From Amphiscolops sp. MND2022 (Eukaryota), in the NCBI GenBank assembly GCA_964187785.1, contig OZ076409.1, positions 44,146,001-44,210,000 on the forward strand: DNA of 64,000 nt. Direction: 5' to 3'. The first letter of the stretch is position 1. The number at the start of each line of letters is the position of its first letter. Made by a program: the position numbers and the translations under genes. This document shows, piece by piece, positions 59,135 to 64,000 of this stretch. Under the pieces are notes generated by a model. It had not been told where the DNA came from, made no database searches, and was given only the letters and a program-made list of their open reading frames with translations.

Positions 59135-62100
59135 TTTTAGTCGGCGGAAAAAAGCCCGACTATTACAGTGACTAGTTTTTAGTTGGCGTTTTCGAAGGAA
59201 ATGCACGATTCTTAGTGGCTAGTTTTTTTGGCCGGTCGCGATCGGTCAACTTTTTATACACTGTGCATTTTTACCATAAGTACTTTGTAATTCATTTCGA
59301 ACGCATCCGAAGCATCTAACATGAAATACGAAACCATTCCAAAGCAGAAAGGTCCACTTTTTTGGCACTATGAGAATTCCCCCCTTTTCGGCTTTGTGAG
59401 ACTTTTTCCGAAAATTTTTTAACGCCCCCAATGGGTCCTCTTCATTTTTTTGATATTTTGCAACAGAATGGATGTTTAAAAAATCTCACAGGGTCTTCTC
59501 CCCTTTCACATTTTTCGGCACTATGAGACCGTTCAAAATACTCATTTTTAGTCGGCGCTTCATGAAGTGAAACGCGACTATTATAGTGGCTCTTTTTTTT
59601 CTATCCACACGAACTGACCAAAATAGTTCTTAAAAGTTCTACAAAATATTATTGCACCAAATTGCACTATTTGGCCTAGCGAACTGAACCAAAATGGTTT
59701 TACCTGTTTTTTCGCGTAACATGCCATACCGGGCGAGACCAAAGAGTCCCCCTTTCAATTTTTTTCGGCACTGCGAGACATTTATTTCGGAATTTTTTTT
59801 TCGGATTTTTTTTTCTATCCACACGAACTGACCAAAATAGTTCTTAAAAGTTCTACAAAATATTATTGCACCAAATTGCACTATTTGGCCTAGCGAACTG
59901 AACCAAAATGGTTTTACCTGTTTTTTCGCGTAACATGCCATACCGGGCGAGACCAAAGAGTCCCCCTTTCAATTTTTTTCGGCACTGCGAGACATTTTTT
60001 TTCGGAATTTTTTTTCGGATTTTTTCCCCAAAGGGTCCCCCCTGCATTTTTTGATGTTTTGCGACAGAATGGATGTTGGAAAATCCCAAAGGGTTCCCCC
60101 TTCCAGTTTTTTTCGGCATTGTGAGATTTTTCCCGAAAATGAAAATTTTTTTTCTTCAGTTTTTTCATGTTTTGCGACAGAATGAATAGTGAAAAACCTC
60201 AAAGGGTCCCCCCTTTCAGTTTTTCGGCATTGTGAGACTTTAGCGCGCCAGGGGCTCGCGCTAGCGGGACCCGGCGCGCCACTCGGTCCATTTTTTAGTA
60301 ATATTTTCAAAAAAAAATGTCGAAAAATTTTCGATTTTCGAGTACTGTAAAAGAATACTTGACACTTGGAAGTCCTTTTGCTATTTTTGAGCCTTAGATA
60401 TGGCGCCGACTTGGGCCGGTCCCGGCTTGTTCGTCTAATATTACGTTTTCTCATACATATCCACCAATATTTTTAGTCGGCGCTTCATGAAGTGAAACGC
60501 GACTATTAAAGTGATTTTTTTAGTCGGCGCGTTTTCCTTTTAAGGAAAAATGCCCGACTATAGCAGTGACCTTTTTTTTCTTCAGACTACAATCCTCACA
60601 CTGATCGGTCCACTTTTTACAATTCTGCGCAGAGCACCTGGCCAAGTCCGCCCAAGGCAAACTTTACTCCAAAGGGTCCCCCCTTTCATTTTTTACTTTT
60701 TCAAGGAAACATACAAAACCGGACGTGCCCAAAGGGTCCCCCCTTTGGATTTTTTTCGGAACTGTGCGACTTTTTTTCGAAAATTTTTTTAATGTCCCCA
60801 AAGGGTCCCCCCTTTGAGTTTTTTGATATTTTGCAACGGAATGTTTGTTAATAAATCCAGAAGGGTCCCCCCTTTTACATTTTTCGGCACTATGCGACTT
60901 CTTTTGAAAGAAAAATTTTTTTTCAAAAATTTCAATTTTTTTTTCAAAAAAAGTGTTTTACGCTTTTTGAGCCTTAGATATGGCGCCGACTTTAGACGTT
61001 CTCGTCTTGTTCAATCCACACGAACTGACCAAAATAGTTCTACAAATTTCTACGAAATTTTATAGTGTCAATTTGAACCACTCGGCCTAGCGAACTGAAC
61101 CAAAAAGGTTCTTCCTGTTTTTCCGCTTTCAATTTTTTCGGCATTGAGACCCAAAGGGTCCCCCTTTCAGTTTTTTTTCGGCATTGCGGGACCTTTTTTC
61201 CGAAAAAAATTCCCCAAAGGGTCCCCAAATTTTTTGATGTTTTGCAACAATGGATGTCAAAAAATCCGAAAAGGTCCCCCTTTTAGCGCGCCGGAGGCCC
61301 GTCAGTGGGCCCCGGCGCGCCAATTCGGTTCAACTTTTACGTTTTTTGAGTACTGTAAAAGAAAACTTGACACTTTGAAGTCCTTTTGCTACTTTTGAGC
61401 CTTAGATTTTCGGCACTGACATTTTTCAGATTTTGGAAAAAGCAGCCTTCTAACATTTCAAAATAACTTTCGCTTTCCAAACCGTAAGTTTTTACTTTTA
61501 TCCTGGAATGTAAAGCGCATTCAATTATAAAAAATCCACTTCAATTTTGAAGGTTTTACGTTTTTAGTCGGCGCGCCACTCGGTCCATTTTTTTTGAGTA
61601 TGTAATTTTTTCGAAAAATTTTTTTCAAAAAATTTTCGATTTTCGAGTACTGTAAAAGAATACTTGACACTTGGAAGTCTTTTTGCTATTTTTGAGCCTT
61701 GGATATGGCGCCGACTTGGGCCGGTCCCGGCTTGTTACCTCGTTACGGTGCAACAGCAATGTCCCAATTTTGGACGTTCGAAAATATTGCGGTTTGACCG
61801 AATTTTTGACGTTATATCCGAACTATAGTGCGTTTTACTGAGGAGGAGGCATATGATCAAAAAACCGCTCGTATTTGTCTCAGCACGCTATATCTTAACT
61901 TTTGAAGCGTTTTCCGAGCTGAAAAGCACCCTTTGGGTACTTCGAAACGGTCTTCCGAGTTTTGCATAAAAACATCCTAGGCATATATCAAAAAATTTTT
62001 GAGAATTAGGTGTGGCGCCGATTTTAGACGTTCCTGTCTTGCTATTAGTCGGCGCGCTTTCCTTTTTAGGAAAAATGCCCGACTATTACAGTGACTCCTT

Positions 62101-63585
62101 TTTTTAGTCGGCGCGTTTTCCTTCTAAGGAAAAATGCCCGACTATTACAGTGACTCTTTTTATAGTCGGCGCTTCCTTTTAAGGAAAAATGCCCGACTAT
62201 AACAGTGACTCTTACTTTTCTTCAGACAACAATCCTCACACTGATCGGTCCACTTTTTAGAAACAATCCTGAAACCACCTAAGGCCAAGGCAAACTTAGT
62301 CCGAAGGGTCCCCCCTGCATTGTTTTGATGTTTTGCGACAGAATGAATAGTGAAAAACCTCAAAGGGTCCCCCCATTCAGTTTTTCGGCATTGTGAGACT
62401 TTAGCGCGCCAGGGGCTCGCGCTAGCGGGACCCGGCGCGCCACTCGGTCCATTTTTTTAGTAATTTTTTCAAAAAAAAAATTCGAAAAATTTTCGATTTT
62501 CGAGTACTGTAAAAGAATACTTGACACTTGGAAGTCCTTTTGCTATTTTTGAGCCTTAGATATGGCGCCGACTTGGGCCGGTCCCGGCTTGTTCGTCTAA
62601 TATTACGTTTTCTCATACATATCCACCAATATTTTTAGTCGGCGCTTCATGAAGTGAAACCCGACTATTATAGTGACTCTTTTTTTTTCTATCCACACGA
62701 ACTGACCAAAATAGTTCTACAAGTTCTATAAAATATTATTGCATCAAAATGCACTATTTGGTCTAGCGAACTGAACCAAAAAGGTTTTTCCTGTTTTTCC
62801 GCGTAACATACCATACCGGGCGAGACCAAAGACTCCCCCCTTTCATTTTTTTCGGCACTGCGAGACTTTTCGAAAAAAAAATTTTTCCCCAAAGGGTCCC
62901 CCCTGCATTTTTTTTGATGTTTTGCGACAGAATGGATGTTAAAAAATCCCAAAGGGTCCCCCCTTTCAGTTTTTTTTCAGCATTGTGAGATTTTTTCCCG
63001 AGAATGAAAATTTTTGTTTTCTTCAATTTTTTCATGTTTTGCGACAGAATGGATGTTGAAAAACCTCAAAGGGTCCACCCTTTCAGTTTTTCGGCATTGT
63101 GAGACTTTAGCGCGCCAGGGGCTCGCGCTAGCGAGCCCCGGCGCGCCACTCGGTCCATTTTTTTTGAAAATGTAATTTTTTCGAAAAATTTTTTTCAAAA
63201 AATTTCGATTTTCGAGTACTGTAAAAGAGTACTTGACACTTGGAAGTCTTTTTGCTATTTTTGAGCCTTGGATATGGCGCCGACTTGGGCCGGTCCCGGC
63301 TTGTTTACTTTCTCAAAGAAACATAAAACCGGACGTGCCTAAAGGGTCCCCTTTGGATTTTTTCCGGCACTGTGCCACTTTTTTTCGAAAATTTTTAAAT
63401 GTACCCAAAGGGTTCGAGTTTTTTTGTTATTTTACATGTTAATTAATCCACAAGGGTCCCTTTCACATTTTCCGGCACTATGCGACATTTTTCAAAAAAA
63501 AATTTCAAGTTTTTTTTTCCAAAAAAATGTTTTGCGCTTTTTGAGCCTCAGATATAGCGCCGACTTTAGAAGTTCTCGTCTTGTT
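59135..63585 (-). mobile_element. Co-oriented head-to-tail array of family B elements
   Basis: About 7 heads (GATAT(G/A)GCGCCGACTT...CTTGTT) and about 9 tail motifs (TAGTCGGCG, most closing with CGACTA). Internal duplications: 59601/59815 (period ~214) and 60167-60508 matching 62329-62670. Confidence 0.85.
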
Positions 63586-63688
63586 TTAATTTATTGAGGA
63601 ATGAAGAGTCAAAACAAGTGTATCACTTGCAAAGAAAAAACTTCAACGTCATCAGTCATAATGCGAAATGAAGTCCATAGAATACCGA

Positions 63689-63770
63689 ATCCCAGTGGCT
63701 CAGTTTGTTAATGCGCATACCTGTGACACCGGGGGGTTGAGAGTTAGACTCCCGGACAGATCAACTTTTC
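63689..63770 (+). mobile_element. Degenerate tRNA-derived (SINE-like) head
   Basis: A box-like TGGCTCAGTTTG and B box-like GAGTTAGACTCC at tRNA spacing; no intact cloverleaf. Confidence 0.4.
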
Positions 63771-64000
63771 TAAGCAATTCCGAACAACAATTTTGCCTAA
63801 AATCCTGATTTTGCTAAGCAATTCTAGCCTACGGCCAGTCTCTGTGTGCTTATTAAAAATGAACGTAGTGAATAACATTCATTTGCCATTCGAACCAAGA
63901 CAGAAAAAACATTTCACACATTTGGTCGGTTTTTCTCTACCTTTTAACCCGATTATAAGAGTTTGAGTGAACGACAGAGGTTTATAGGTGCCCGTCACAA

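Noticed and set aside
62046..62215. Regularly spaced palindromic repeats resembling a CRISPR array
   Set aside because: Eukaryotic intron-containing context, no cas genes and no unique spacers; these are reiterated family B termini.
59246..63442. Many 60-160 aa Lys/Phe-rich ORFs (also 13991-14356, 26956-27270, 32359-32836)
   Set aside because: Chance frames in the A/T-run-rich family B repeat; no domain motifs.

Overview
Eukaryotic (animal-type), AT-rich, transposon-dense genomic window with one 200-N assembly gap (54333-54532). I can reconstruct three host genes by hand from GT-AG exon phases: RIOK3 (+, 3 coding exons), KLHL8 (+, 12 coding exons) and a GRDP-like/DUF1399 gene (-, 3' end uncertain). 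The ~30 kb from 24.5 to 54.8 kb is a nest of LTR retrotransposons: three decayed Gypsy-type elements and two BEL/Pao elements, each BEL inserted inside a Gypsy. Scattered throughout are hAT and Tc1/pogo-type non-autonomous elements, a LINE fragment and two hairpin-ended families that look like rolling-circle (Helitron/Helentron-type) elements, one forming a 4.4 kb head-to-tail array. The most unusual observations are: (1) a very large Gypsy element that appears to carry, between pol and its 3' LTR, a head-to-head cassette of an antisense, intron-containing hAT-transposase-like gene and an acidic ORF; (2) a young integrase-less BEL/Pao element with tRNA-like Pol III units in both LTRs and its 3' UTR, a clipped 5' LTR and a 30-bp target duplication; (3) non-YxDD RT motifs in both BEL elements; (4) a ~265-bp near-perfect palindrome folded at a repeat terminus; (5) one repeat copy with a GTGAGT donor upstream of, and co-oriented with, each host gene. 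All calls come from manual reading and motif recognition; no searches were run, and novelty is untested.
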